A DNA stretch of 63,748 nt, filler included, from Octopus bimaculoides (GCF_001194135.2; 5 parts of 4 records of this genome joined end to end with filler, not necessarily neighbours in it); one strand, 5' to 3'. Numbered from the whole stretch's first letter, positions 12,290 through 24,470 are shown. Notes: a model not told the origin generated them from the sequence alone. Translations and numbers: made by a program.

Positions 12290-14473
12290 TAGCTGGATCT
12301 GTGAGAACTTCACAGAAAACATAAAAAATGTAAGCATCTGTAAATAGTGACTTCATTTAATAAATATTGAATAATTATGTATAAGCAGGACCCTGGGAAA
12401 TTCTACGGAATACAAAAAATGTAAGCATCTTTAAATAGTGATCATATTTAAGTATGGAATAATTTTTGTTATTTTTGTGTTATACTACTAATAATCATAA
12501 ATTTCTATACTATATAATTTGATATTTTTTTAAATTCAACAGTTCATATACATGCACATTGGACAATGCTCACTTCCACATCCCAAGTGGTGTGAGCATT
12601 TGGGTTTTTTTTTAACTGATACCACCTGTAGTCCAGGCAGTTTGAGCATTGATGGCTTTTGTTTTTAACTGGTACGGCCTGTCGTCAGTGAGTTCCACTC
12701 CCTCTGTGAGTTTTCCTGTCCTGTTAACTAGTTTGAGTGTTGTGTGTAATTGACTGTGTCGAATTGGGGGTGCCTCCCAAAGAAGGCAGTGAAGTATCCT
12801 GCATTGGTGATTGAACACTATTAGACTCTCTGCTGTGACTATGGAGATGGTGGTGATGCTGGCTGGTGCGATTTTGTGGTTTGCTGGTATGGTGGGGAAG
12901 GAGGCCATTGCAAGAAAGATCTAGCAGACTCCTGACTGGTTCTCCAGTCTTGAAGGTGTAATGTAGATGTGTAATGATGGAGTTGGCTGGTGTGGTGGTG
13001 ATGCTAGCTGGTGCTGTGGTTTTCCTCACAGTACTTCATGGTAGACAATACTTTTTGTGTATGTCGCAACACATTTTTGGCCTTATCTGTGATCCCGAAT
13101 GAGTGTCGTAACTCTTACATTGATATTGTTCATAGCTTGTGCTCTTGAAAATGTGACATATTATTGGCCATGAGAAAATACGAGTTGAGGCAAATGTATT
13201 CCAGCTTTTGAAAATGTTTGCTTTGAACCTTGTTGATTGTCATTGAATATGCAAGTGGAAGAGGAAACTGAAGTCTGTTTAGTGTGAACGGAATATTTGC
13301 ATCACTTGGACTAAGTTTAATTCTGGGAATTAGAACTGTACGACCTCTGTTGGAGCCTGTTACCAATGAGCCTCTACACAATGTTCATGAAGTCCTTGCA
13401 TTTTCATACATGTTCCTTGACTGAGGGAAAGATTTCTTAGCAACATTACAAATTGAGGTGATGAGGAGGCATACTGGATGGAATGAGAGAGATTATGAAT
13501 TCAACTGGATAGTCCTGAACCTCTTCTTCATTACTGCAGAACACTGAATTCGTGCTTAAGTATGTTTTAAGTGTGTCACTACTCACTCTGTCTCTCCTGT
13601 CTCTCACTTTGCCATTTACTTCAACTATACCTCCTCTGCTTAGCACCCTTTATTTCTGTTTTTCTTTGTAGCTGCCCCTTCAAATGTAGAACAGTAACAT
13701 CGACAGGTATTTGCTGGAAGAGGGAGAGAGAGAGAGAGTGTGTGTGTGTGTGAGAGAGAGACACAGACAGACAGAATAAGTGTCAGATAGATAGATAGGC
13801 AACATTTCTTTTTGCAATTTCCATATTTTCAACTGCTTTATCTTATATATCGTTGAAAAGGAAAAGTTTTCCCTATGGCGGTATGAGAACGGTTTCATTG
13901 TCTTTCACTATTATTCTCTATCCACTCCCTTCCTTCACTCAATCTGTCTCTGACTCTCTCTCTCTCTCTCTCTCTCTTTCATGCTTTTTCTCGTCTCCCC
14001 GTCCCTCCCCTCTCTCTCCTTTCCCTCTTTCCCCTCTCCCTCCTCTATGTCTCCTTGCCTCTCAGCCATCCTCCTGTGGTAATGAAAAGTAAAAGTAACA
14101 TCCAATATTTGCTGTGGTCATTTGTCTTTGATTTAACAATGTATGTCTCTACTTTTCTTTCGATGTATCCATCTTTCTACTCAGCAAATACTGATAAGCA
14201 TTTAAAAGCACAAATGAATGCCACCTTCCTTTCAGTCACCAGTCACTCCCTGACTTTCTCTGTCCCTCCTGTATCTCACTTTGCCACTCACTTGAACTAC
14301 ACCTCCTCTGCTTCACACCTTTTATTTCTCTTTTTCTTTGTACTTCTCCATTCAAGTGTAGGAAAGTAAAAGTAACATCCACAGATATTTGCTGAGAGAA
14401 AAACAGAGGGAGAGAGAGAGAGAGAGGCAGACAGACGATAACTGTCAGATAGATAGATAGATAGATAGATAGA
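12289..14473 (-). mobile_element. Helitron with helicase remnant
   Basis: 3' end on the minus strand: hairpin TCTGTGA/TCACAGA (12298-12316), then CTAG|T at 12292-12288. PIF1 helicase remnant is internal. The putative A|TC 5' end at 14473 is less certain; the 5' region appears duplicated (13570-13800 vs 14230-14473). Confidence 0.7.
13026..13560 (-). pseudogene. Helitron PIF1-like helicase C-terminal fragment
   Basis: YPVEFIISLIPSSMPPHHLNL, VLIPRIKLSPSDANIPFTLNRLQFPLPLAYSMTINK, and after frameshift TFSKAGIHLPQLVFSHGQ*YVTFSRA...TKSIVYHEVL*. These are conserved Helitron helicase motifs, disrupted by stops and frameshifts. Confidence 0.85.
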
Positions 14474-14582
14474 TACATTTCTTTTATTAGCCACACAGGG
14501 CTCAACGAAGATGGGACAAATACAATGTAGAGCTTTTCTTTTTGGGAGGGGAAGAAAAAAAGGGGGGGTCGATCAAAAGGGA

Positions 14583-14682
14583 NNNNNNNNNNNNNNNNNN
14601 NNNNNNNNNNNNNNNNNNNNNNNNNNTTAATTAATTAANNNNNNNNNNNNNNNNNNNNNNNNNNNNNNNNNNNNNNNNNNNN
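14583..14682. other. Artificial scaffold-join spacer 44N-TTAATTAATTAA-44N
   Basis: Exactly 100 bp; the core gives stops in all six frames; the same construct recurs three more times in the window. Confidence 0.95.
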
Positions 14683-15675
14683 TATATATATATATATATA
14701 TATGCGGGTGCCTCAGATTGCGTACGTGCATATATATATACATATATTTCCACTAATACATCTTTTGGACATACATTTTCCTTATATACAACTCTATTGA
14801 CTTTCTCATTCTTGATGCCGTTCCCTATATAGGCACCAATGTAATTTTTTCCCAAATAAATTGCACTTAATATTCGAGGCCCCGATGAAGCTATAAGGTG
14901 TTATTTAGGCACTCAGCTATGAGTCAACCACATCTTTTGGCAAAAGCAGCTGTAAGCTAATGAAGTTCCTAAGATAATCATTTATTCCTTTCTTATCTCT
15001 CTTATATATATATAGACCACAGGCTAACTGGAAGAAATGCCGCTAAGCATTTTAACCGACGACTTAACGATTCTACCTGCTCACCGCCTTAGGTATATTT
15101 GAATATTATTCATATACATAACAAACACAACAGACTAAAAACCTTGATCATGCTTTCCGTTTTGATATTGCGTTATTGGAACTATGTTTTTGAACATAAC
15201 CATACACAAGTTATAACTATACTTGCATATTAGTTTGTAGCCTCACTTAATGTAGAAGGTAGATGACCTGTAACATAATGTGCTTTATATTGCTCTAGGT
15301 AGGATGTTTTAGCTTCAAATTTTACTTGCCTTGATACATGATCTTTTCTGTTTATAGCGGTGTATATCATAACTTTAACCTAATATTTCTGGCTGTTAAG
15401 TCGTAAGTCGTGTGCAGTAATGGCTCATGTCTTTAAGCAGTTCACTACACTACTAAAATGATGAAGAAAAGTAAAGAAAATATGGATAACTCGTGGCTCG
15501 AGAATTCTTATCTTGTCAGTAATATTGAGAATTCCCTGCAAAGCGAATAAATGAAGGAACATTCGACTAACTGTTAACTGCTGTATGGTTTGGAATTACA
15601 ATAGTGAGAAAGAATCTTCTTTTACAATTAAAAAAAAATTGAAACAACTAATTATATAAAACTTCAAATAATCTA

Positions 15676-15835
15676 GGCGCAGGCGTGGCTGTGTTGTAAG
15701 AAGCTTGTTTCCCAGCCACATGGTCTCGGGTTCAGTCCCACTGCGTGGCACCTTGGGCAAGTGTCTTCTACTATAGCTTCGGGCTTATCAAAGCCATGCG
15801 AGTGGATTTGGTAGACGGAAACTGAAAGAAGTCCG
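15676..15835 (+). mobile_element. SINE family A, left half
   Basis: Matches the family A head through GGAAACTGAAAGAAG. Confidence 0.8.
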
Positions 15836-16084
15836 TGCGGAGTTCTACTGAGGAATTTCAACCATGTTTCGTGGTCTGCTACCACAACAGCTCCTTTATA
15901 GGATCCAGTTAGCTGAAGACATCATCAGGAGGAACCACGTCCGGTTTCGGCCCCTACTCCTCTACCGTTTTGACGTGGCGGGGCCCCTCCTTTCGGAGGT
16001 GTCTTCAGCTCTGGTGTTGGGTGCATGTCTTCTTTCTTCTATTCCCTGGCCTCTTCGATGCAGCATCAACGAGTGTCAGCGTCC

Positions 16085-16164
16085 GACTGATCGTCGTGTT
16101 AAGTTCCCCTTTTTATATCTGCTGCTAGGCTCCAGCAGGCATCCCCAGCTAGTTGTCACGTGAC
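16085..16164 (-). promoter_or_regulatory. Candidate Pol II core promoter (E-box, TATA, Inr) of a retroelement-like fragment
   Basis: On the minus strand: palindromic GTCACGTGAC (16155-16164), TATAAAAA starting at 16117, and TCAGTC Inr with its A at 16088 (TATA at -29). Motif match only. Confidence 0.45.
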
Positions 16165-16999
16165 ACTGTCTAAANNNNNNNNNNNNNNNNNNNNNNNNNN
16201 NNNNNNNNNNNNNNNNNNNNNNNNNNNNNNNNNNNNNNNNNNNNNNNNNNNNNNNNNNNNNNNNNNNNNNNNNNNNNNNNNNNNNNNNNNNNNNNNNNNN
16301 NNNNNNNNNNNNNNNNNNNNNNNNNNNNNNNNNNNNNNNNNNNNNNNNNNNNNNNNNNNNNNNNNNNNNNNNNNNNNNNNNNNNNNNNNNNNNNNNNNNN
16401 NNNNNNNNNNNNNNNNNNNNNNNNNNNNNNNNNNNNNNNNNNNNNNNNNNNNNNNNNNNNNNNNNNNNNNNNNNNNNNNNNNNNNNNNNNNNNNNNNNNN
16501 NNNNNNNNNNNNNNNNNNNNNNNNNNNNNNNNNNNNNNNNNNNNNNNNNNNNNNNNNNNNNNNNNNNCAGGCTGAAAGACACCAAGAAGTAGTCTTAGAT
16601 CCCCGCATTCAATAATTCTCAGTCTGATTTTACTTGGCTAAGGAAGAAGTTCGGCAACTGTACTGAATATGATGCTAGGAAGAAAATATACTACATTTTT
16701 TACTTTGTTCCGTAGTGCAGGGTAGCAGTCGGAAATATCATTTTGCAATCAAAAATCCTGATATGGTTTTTTTTTTTTAACTTTGGCCTCAGTTCACTTG
16801 AAAGTGAAGCCAGTTTTTCCTCCACTATTCTTGTTTCCTTATTACTAATATCTAGGAATAACCCAAACTGGTATTTTAAGCAAAAAAAAAAAAAAAAAAA
16901 AAAAAATCCTCAAGTTTGTTAGACGTCTCTGTGTGTGCAATACACTTGAATGTCATCTTCTAGTATGTACTTTTCCTTCTCCAAATCAGAAACTGGAAG

Positions 17000-17400
17000 C
17001 ACTCACGACGGCTTGTATTACATTTGAATAACTTGTATTACACTTGAACAGAATCGTGAAGAGAGGTGATTTTATCTTGATAAAGTTTAACTTCATTTCC
17101 TTGCAGTTGCACATTAATTTCATTGAGCTTTGTGAGTCCTGCTTGGTGTTATTTAATTCATCACAGAGTTGTACTCTTGGTGCAACACAATAGGATGCAC
17201 AACAACCCACCCATAAAGGACAGTCACAGCATGGGTCGAAACGATCGTCGTACGGAATAAAGGCTAATACCAAATCCATCTTCTGTTTCCTTAATCGATT
17301 GTCATCTCAATTAACACTGAAGGATTCCCGAAGTAGATCTAACGGAAATATACTCCAACTGCGGATGACACCAGGTTGTCCAAACCATGCTAGTGCTTTA
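17000..17400 (+). mobile_element. Penelope-like element relic with decayed hammerhead motifs
   Basis: GGGTCGAAACGATCGTC (palindromic stem III ACGATCGT at 17241-17248) followed by AATAAA; second decayed motif CTGCGGA-T-GAC-N8-GTC-CAAA at 17359-17384. Confidence 0.45.
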
Positions 17401-18123
17401 CTCAACACATCAAAACACTAATTGACATATACTCATTAGTCCAAAAATTACACACATGCACACACATATATATGAGATCGAGAGAAAGAAAGAGAGAGGG
17501 GAAATTGGGAGATAGTTAGAGATATATATTTTCTTTAACATCTCTCACGTATATCTTTTCGATAATCTTTAGTATTATCGAAATACTAAATACTCGATTA
17601 TCTTTAGTATTACAGAGTAAACAAGATAAAGTGAATATCAGTTTTAATTACTTTATTCAGAATGGTTTCCAGTAATATTTCAAAATTGATTTTTTTTTTT
17701 TGCCATTGTTGTAAACCGCACTTATTTTTTGTTTATTTAAGAAATGGTCATTGAATTTTAAGAAAATAGACGAGGTGGGGGTCTGTTCTTCATAAATCGG
17801 CACTAAATACCGCATTATTATGGTGTTCTTCCATATAGCTTATTGTTCTTCCACATAGAATATTGTTGTTTTCTCAGAATTGGTAGAGTGTCTGAGGAAT
17901 GCTTTGTGCTACATAATTATAGCACCTTATATTCAGCATTCAAATCTCATCACGGACAAGCGGTTTCAAATATCTAAATACGAAGAACATATAAAATATA
18001 TCAAACTTTATGCATGTAGATAACATATCAATGAAGAGATCAAATAAAATCGAATATAATAGTATTTACAAATATTTTAGATTTGTTAAAAGTCAGTTTA
18101 TTACTCACTAATGCCACGAATCT

Positions 18124-18400
18124 GTGGAGTCACATGGCCTAGTGGTTAGAGCAGCGGACTCGCGATCGAGGGATTGTGGGTTCGAATTTCAGGCCGGATG
18201 ATGTGTGTGTTTATGAGGGAAGCACCTAAACTCCACGCGGCTCCGGCAGAAGGTAATGGCGAACTTCTGCTTACTCTTTCGCCACAACTTTCTCTCACTC
18301 TTTCCTCCTGCATCTAGCAGCTCACCTGCGACGGACCGGCGTCCCGTCCAGGTGGGGAACCTATACGCCAATGAAACTGGGAAACCGGCCCTTATGAACC
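18124..18400 (+). mobile_element. tRNA-derived SINE family D
   Basis: A box TGGCCTAGTGG (18135-18145) and B box GGTTCGAATT (18179-18188). The 3' part GCGACGGACCGGCGTCCCGTCCAGGTGGGG resembles V/Meta-type SINE central domains (from memory). Confidence 0.75.
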
Positions 18401-19486
18401 TGTAAGGTGCTCACTGTTTCGGGAATGCTGGAAGCAAGCACCGAAAGCCAGGCTGTTGTGTACATACTGAGACACTTGTTAGCAAATAAATATTAATTAT
18501 AAGGAGTTGTATAAAGACTGGAATGCATGGTATTTTTTTTCTGCATTTGAATATCAGGCATTTGAATATCAATATAGTTAAATGAAGAGAAAATAAAGTA
18601 TAATTTGATTCAAGTACAAAAATGGAAAATATACAAAAGGAAAAACCATAGAAAATATCTATTATAAGATGTATTTAGTAATGAAGATTTATTAAAATCT
18701 TATTAACTGATAGATATATGCAACGTGCTTCGTCACCAGAAGCTCTTTGGAAAACAATCATATACACACAGAAATACATACATAGAAATACATAAACTAC
18801 AAACAACGTATATATAATAATATATATTCTTGATGGATCTCTGAAACGAGGAAAAAGTATTACATAAATAATTATCCAAAATCTATGAAGGTAGAATCGT
18901 TAGCACGCCGGGCTAAATGATTAGCGGCATTTCGTCCGTCTTCACTATATATATANNNNNNNNNNNNNNNNNNNNNNNNNNNNNNNNNNNNNNNNNNNNN
19001 NNNNNNNNNNNNNNNNNNNNNNNNNNNNNNNNNNNNNNNNNNNNNNNNNNNNNNNNNNNNNNNNNNNNNNNNNNNNNNNNNNNNNNNNNNNNNNNNNNNN
19101 NNNNNNNNNNNNNNNNNNNNNNNNNNNNNNNNNNNNNNNNNNNNNNNNNNNNNNNNNNNNNNNNNNNNNNNNNNNNNNNNNNNNNNNNNNNNNNNNNNNN
19201 NNNNNNNNNNNNNNNNNNNNNNNNNNNNNNNNNNNNNNNNNNNNNNNNNNNNNNNNNNNNNNNNNNNNNNNNNNNNNNNNNNNNNNNNNNNNNNNNNNNN
19301 NNNNNNNNNNNNNNNNNNNNNNNNNNNNNNNAGTTTTCTGCTTTTGCAGCTCATATCTGCTTTTTTGTTCTAATGGATCCTTGGATGTTATCTTTACATA
19401 TTACTATGTATGCATATATATATGTATATATAAAAGTATGAGTGTAGTTATGTGTGTGTACATACATGCTTACATATACATACATA

Positions 19487-19956
19487 CCGTAAATCCTCGA
19501 GTATAATCCGCATTTTTTCCCCAAAATTTAAAGGTCAAAATCCCTAGTGCGTACTATATACGAGGTTAAAAATAAAAAATATTTTCTAAGCAATGTCCGA
19601 GTCTCTATTTGCTGTCCGGAAATGTTTATTCAGAGCATTTTGTGATGTCGGGCTTATAACTGATAGTGATAAATATGTAAAGGCAATTTACTTATTATTT
19701 ATTTTTCACTGTTATTTCTTTATTTTCTGCAAAGTGCACAAAAAGCTACACGTTTGCATTATGTTATATATGCAATAATAATAAAAGACGTTACCGTATA
19801 TATGTTTACAAACCAAGGACGTTATATAAACCTCCTTGACTCATGTTAGAGAAGGGGTGCGTATTATACACAAGGTTTAGGTTTTTCAGAAGTACAGCCC
19901 CCTAAAACTCCCCTGCGTATTATACTCAAGGGCGGACTATACTCGAGGATTTACGG
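19487..19956. mobile_element. pogo/Tc1-mariner superfamily MITE, 470 bp
   Basis: 25-bp TIRs CCGTAAATCCTCGAGTATA(A/G)TCCGC with 1 mismatch; TA target-site duplication at 19485-19486 and 19957-19958; no ORF. Confidence 0.9.
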
Positions 19957-20064
19957 TATATACATACATATGTAAATACATACATATATACAAACGTTCA
20001 TACATACATATACATACATACATACATACATGCCTACTTAAGTATTACGTACGTACATACATAC

Positions 20065-20113
<49 letters not shown>

Positions 20114-20145
20114 ATACATACATACATGCGTACATACATATATAC

Positions 20146-20760
20146 TGAGCATGTCTAGATATGCAAGTATATGGTTCAGAAGACATACATAAAACAAATC
20201 ATACAAATCTGCACGTATACATACATACGTACATATACATACTTACATACATACATACATACATACATACATCCATACACACATACAAGGAGTACTGGTG
20301 GAATGTCCCAGTGAAGACCTCAATAAAATGTAAGCACAACAGACCTGATTTGGGATAGAGAAGAGAAACTGTGCACAGTTGTGGAAATTAGCTGCTCAGT
20401 GGGTGTTAAAATAAAGCTGAAGATCAGTGAAAAAGAGAACACCTATGCTGAACTATTGAGACATCTGCAGTTACTCTATCCAGATTACAAGTTCAATACC
20501 TGTAATTATTGGGGCCCTGGGATATGTAACATTCTGCCTAAATACCAATATTGAGAAGTTAGGCTTCTCAAAACCAGAAAGGAGAAAGCTAATTCGAAGA
20601 CTACAGATCCAATCCATCACTAGAATTGTAAAAATTTGTAAAACTTTCCATAAGTTTATCATTTAAGTATATATGAGCATGTCTAGGTATGCAACTATAT
20701 GCATGAGAATACATACATAAAACATACAAATCTGCACATACATACATACATACATACATG
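20146..20760 (+). mobile_element. 3' fragment(s) of an RLE-type non-LTR retrotransposon in a (TACA)n tract
   Basis: KEYWWNVPVKTSIKCKHNRPDL..DREEKLCTVVEISC...EKENTYAELL...PVIIGALG (restriction-like endonuclease, RPD motif); its 3' UTR is repeated at 20146-20230. Confidence 0.8.
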
Positions 20761-21097
20761 CATAGAAAAATGCCCTGTTGTTGATGTTGAAATTCCAAGG
20801 AAGGAACCTTGGATCATGTAGTATCTAACTCCAACTCTAACACTTAAGAAATACCCGTTTACGCACACACACTTACATGCTTATTTGTGTGTGTGTTTGT
20901 ATATAAGTGTGTGCAAACAAAGAGATAGGGGGAAGAGAAAGGGAGGGAGGGAGGGAAGGAGAGAGAGAGAGAGTGGGATGAAAGTCACCTTAATTGTTAA
21001 TGCATTTCAGAAATATTATTAACTGCATTCATCAAAACTCACCCATTTTCTCTGGCTGCCGATGACAAATTGGCTACCGTTGAGCTACGTTCTACGG

Positions 21098-21265
21098 CAA
21101 TGGTTTTCAACCTGGGGCCCACGGCCCCCTGGTGGTCCACAAAGGTAGTACTGGGGGTCCGTGAACTAAATCCAAAATTTCATATATAAATATATACATA
21201 AGGGTAAGCATATTAAAAGGGATCTGTGGGATAACCCATTTAATTAAAAGGGTTGGGTACCATTG
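21098..21265. mobile_element. hAT/Charlie-type MITE, 168 bp
   Basis: Termini CAATGGTTTTCAACC ... GGTTGGGTACCATTG with a perfect 8-bp TSD TTCTACGG at 21090-21097 and 21266-21273. Confidence 0.9.
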
Positions 21266-21428
21266 TTCTACGGTATCTATCGATGAGTCGGACGGCAGAT
21301 ACACGTAGTAGAATTCTTCGGAATCCTGCGCGAAGGCGGTCGAGGAAACCTGGATGGACGATACGTACGGACATTTTGGAAAAAGTAAGAGAAAAACAAA
21401 GATTAGTAAATATATTAGTAAATATATA

Positions 21429-21739
21429 GGCGCAGGAGTGGCTGTGTGGTAAGTAGCTTGCTTACCAACCACATGGCTCCGGATTCAGTCCCACTGCGTG
21501 GCACCTTGGGCAAGTGTCTTCAAGTGTGTTTGTGTGTCTGTGTTTGTCCCCCAACATCGCTTGACAACCGATGCTGGTGTGTTTACGTCCCCGTCACTTA
21601 GCGGTTCGGCAAGAGAGACCGATAGAATAAGTACTAAGCTTACAAAGAATAAGTCCTGGGGTCGGTTTGCTCGACTAAAGGCGGTGCTCCAGCATGGCCA
21701 CAGTCAAACGACTGAAACAAGTAAAAGAGTAAAGAGAGT
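21429..21739 (+). mobile_element. SINE family A with internal deletion
   Basis: Head and tail present; the segment between GTGTCTTC and the (TG)n linker is missing. Confidence 0.85.
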
Positions 21740-22115
21740 AACGCAAACAATGTATTGAGTAGCAAGCTACAAGAAGTTTACTACTCAAATATCGCAAGTG
21801 AATAGTTTAGCAATATTGTGACGTTTCTATTAATTTGCATTTTTGAAATCATAATTGGATTAAACAGCTCTGGATAATACTTTAATTTTAAATATCTTTC
21901 TAATACCTAGCTGACATAGGGCACGTATAAAAACCAAAATTATTTAAATTCGAACTCACGCATAAACACGTACGTACACACACCAGAATCGTTGTCATGC
22001 TGACACACATGTAGAGATACAACACAAATTCATTTATACGCACACATCAACACACCAATTGGAACAGAGATACACAAACACATAGTAAGGCTTTAATTTT
22101 AAATAAAATACAACA

Positions 22116-22515
22116 AGGAGTGGCTGTGTGGTAAGTAGCTTGCTTACCAACCACATGGTTCCCGGTTCAGTCCCACTGCGTGGCACCTTGGGCAAGTGTC
22201 TTCTACTATAGCCTCGGGCCGACCAAAGCCTTGTGAGTGGATTTGGTAGACGGAAACTGAAAGAAGACCGTCGTATATATGTATATGTGTGTGTGTTTGT
22301 GTGTCTGTGTTTGTCCCCCTAGCATTGCTTGACAACCGATGCTGGTGTGTTTATGTCCCCGTCACTTAGCGGTTCGGCAAAAGAGACCGAGAGAATAAGT
22401 ACTAGGCTTACAAAGAATAAGTCCTGGGGTCGATTTGCTCGACTAAAGGCGGTGCTCCAGCATGGCCGCAGTCAAATGACTGAAACAAATAAAAGAGTAA
22501 AAGAGTAAAGAGAGT
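22116..22515 (+). mobile_element. SINE family A, full length
   Basis: Complete match to the family, ending in (TAAAAGAG)n. Confidence 0.9.
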
Positions 22516-23001
22516 AAATATAGATATATGTGCATGAAAGAGATAGAAAGAGACAAAGAGTGGTAGACAAACAGACACAGAAAAAAGGGAAGGAAGGGAG
22601 TGAATGTGAGTACGTATGCATATGTATATGCTTGTGTGTATGCATACGTAGATATGAGTGTGTGTAAAGATATTTCTGGTGATGTTCGGGTATTATACCA
22701 AGGTAAAATTACAGAGGAAAGTAGATTTCAAGTCGTTTCTCCGTTCTTTCTCATCCTTTGTGCTACCACTGTTCTAGTCTAATGAATTTTATTTACATAT
22801 AGTAGAAAACATACACCCATGCATTCACATATACCATCATATTTGCATACAAACATGTGTACACATACATGCATACATAAACATATTCATAGATAAGAAG
22901 AGACCGTATTTGCTTGTCATCATCATTAATATTTTTCATTCTTCTTATAGTTTTTCTTATTATTATTAGGTATTTATTGTTGTACAATATTACTGTACTC
23001 A

Positions 23002-23058
23002 CTTGACAGTTATCACTTGGTGCTCTAGACTCTAGAGCACCAAATGATAACTGTCAAG
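23002..23058. repeat. Near-perfect 57-bp palindrome
   Basis: CTTGACAGTTATCACTTGGTGCTCTAGA-C-TCTAGAGCACCAAATGATAACTGTCAAG: 28-bp arms, one mismatch, centre at 23030. Confidence 0.9.
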
Positions 23059-23402
23059 AGTCTAGAGAATGGTGTTTTATCGTCGCAGCTCAATGATTGT
23101 AACGTCTAAAAAAGAAGAAAAGTAAAAGACAATGTATTTAATGGTCGTAAGAACAGTTGTTTCTTAGATTGTACCGAGGCGCGGGACCTAAGAGACACAA
23201 TAAACTGGAATTTGTGATCTTCAAGTCTTTCCAAAGAGCATCTTTTTAGAAGCGTCTTCAAGTGAACACAGCCGGTTAATGACATTTATTCATGGATTTG
23301 CACTTTTTAATATAGATTTACTTGGATTTGCTGTAAACGACGATGGTAAATTATATAATTAATTTGTTCTGTAATTATTGTTGATATGATTGATATCACA
23401 TC

Positions 23403-23635
23403 AAAGTAGCGAGCTGGCAGAATCGTTAGCTTGGTTGAACAAAATGTTTAGCGGTATTTCTTCTGGATCTAAGCGTTTTGAACTCAAATGCAACTGAGGT
23501 CAACTTTTCTTTTCATTCTTCGAGGTCAATGAAATAAAATACCAGTGAAATACTGAGGTTGATGTAGCCAACTTGCTTCCTCACCTCCAAACTGCTGGTC
23601 TTGTGTAAAAAAAAAAGTTAGAAAGAAGTATTGAT
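23403..23635 (+). mobile_element. Decayed SINE family C
   Basis: GCGAGCTGGCAGAATCGTTAGC head shared with fragments at 18888-18945 (+) and 15030-15090 (-); the body corresponds to 24333-24470 (-). Confidence 0.65.
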
Positions 23636-24332
23636 ATTACGCATTAAATTAATAATTTACATTATTTTATCCCACGATAGAATCTCGACGTGGTCGCCCG
23701 AGGTGCTAAAAATCACGATCAAATCTCCTTTTAATCATACCCTCCTATTTTAAACTATAACAATTAAACAATTTGATACGGCTAAACATTCACATATTAA
23801 ACACTTTCGCCCGCCGCCACCGCACCAACGATAACACCATAACAAATATGAGCAGCAAAACCCGCCTCGACTTAACTTAATCTAGAAAGGGTTGTCCACC
23901 TTGTGATAGCAGACCGCCAGGTGTACACCACACGTCTAACTAATAAGAACATCAACGGCATAAAAGATTGGAAATCTTGAATGTTTAAAACAAAAATCTG
24001 AATAAGAGTGATTTGCCCTACGTCAATAAAAAGTAATAGTTGAGATGCTTATTCGTATATTCAGCCAAATCAACAACTACAACTCTAACGAGAAAATTGG
24101 GAAAATGTGGTCTTTAAAAAACGGAAATGAGAGAGAAGTGAATAGATTTCGAGATGGAGACAGGAAGTAGTTCGTCACAGTGAATAACAGCTATCGTTCA
24201 ATCACATTGAAACATTCAAAACAGATCAGAAAATTACATTTTTTTGGAAGATATATTCAATTTAGAAATATTGATATTTTACTACATAGAATACAGACAT
24301 ATTACAAATACTCCAATATATATATATATGTG

Positions 24333-24470
24333 TTATTTCTTTACTACCCACAAGGGGCTACACACAGAGGGGACAAACAAAGACAGACAAACGGATTAAG
24401 TCGATCATATCGACCCCAGTGCATGACTGGTACTTATTTAATCGATCCCGAAAGGATGAAAGACAAAGTC
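24333..24470 (-). mobile_element. SINE family C, 3' part (runs into gap)
   Basis: Minus strand GACTTTGTCTTTCATCCTTTCGGGATCGATTAAATAAGTACCAG...GGGGTCGATATGATCGACTT; CORE-like domain by resemblance. Confidence 0.7.

Noticed and set aside
16986-17279. 97-aa Cys-rich ORF (MDLVLAFIPYDDRFDPCCDC...) on the minus strand
   Set aside because: No recognisable domain or splice context; the opposite strand carries Penelope-type terminal motifs and AATAAA, so it is most likely a chance antisense frame.
18124-18200. tRNA-like sequence
   Set aside because: A and B boxes are present but there is no complete cloverleaf or acceptor stem; it continues into a SINE body.
18225-18270. HDV-ribozyme-like words (TCCACGC, GGTAATGGCGAA) in SINE family D
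   Set aside because: P1, P2 and P3 helices of the nested double pseudoknot could not be formed; at most a relic.
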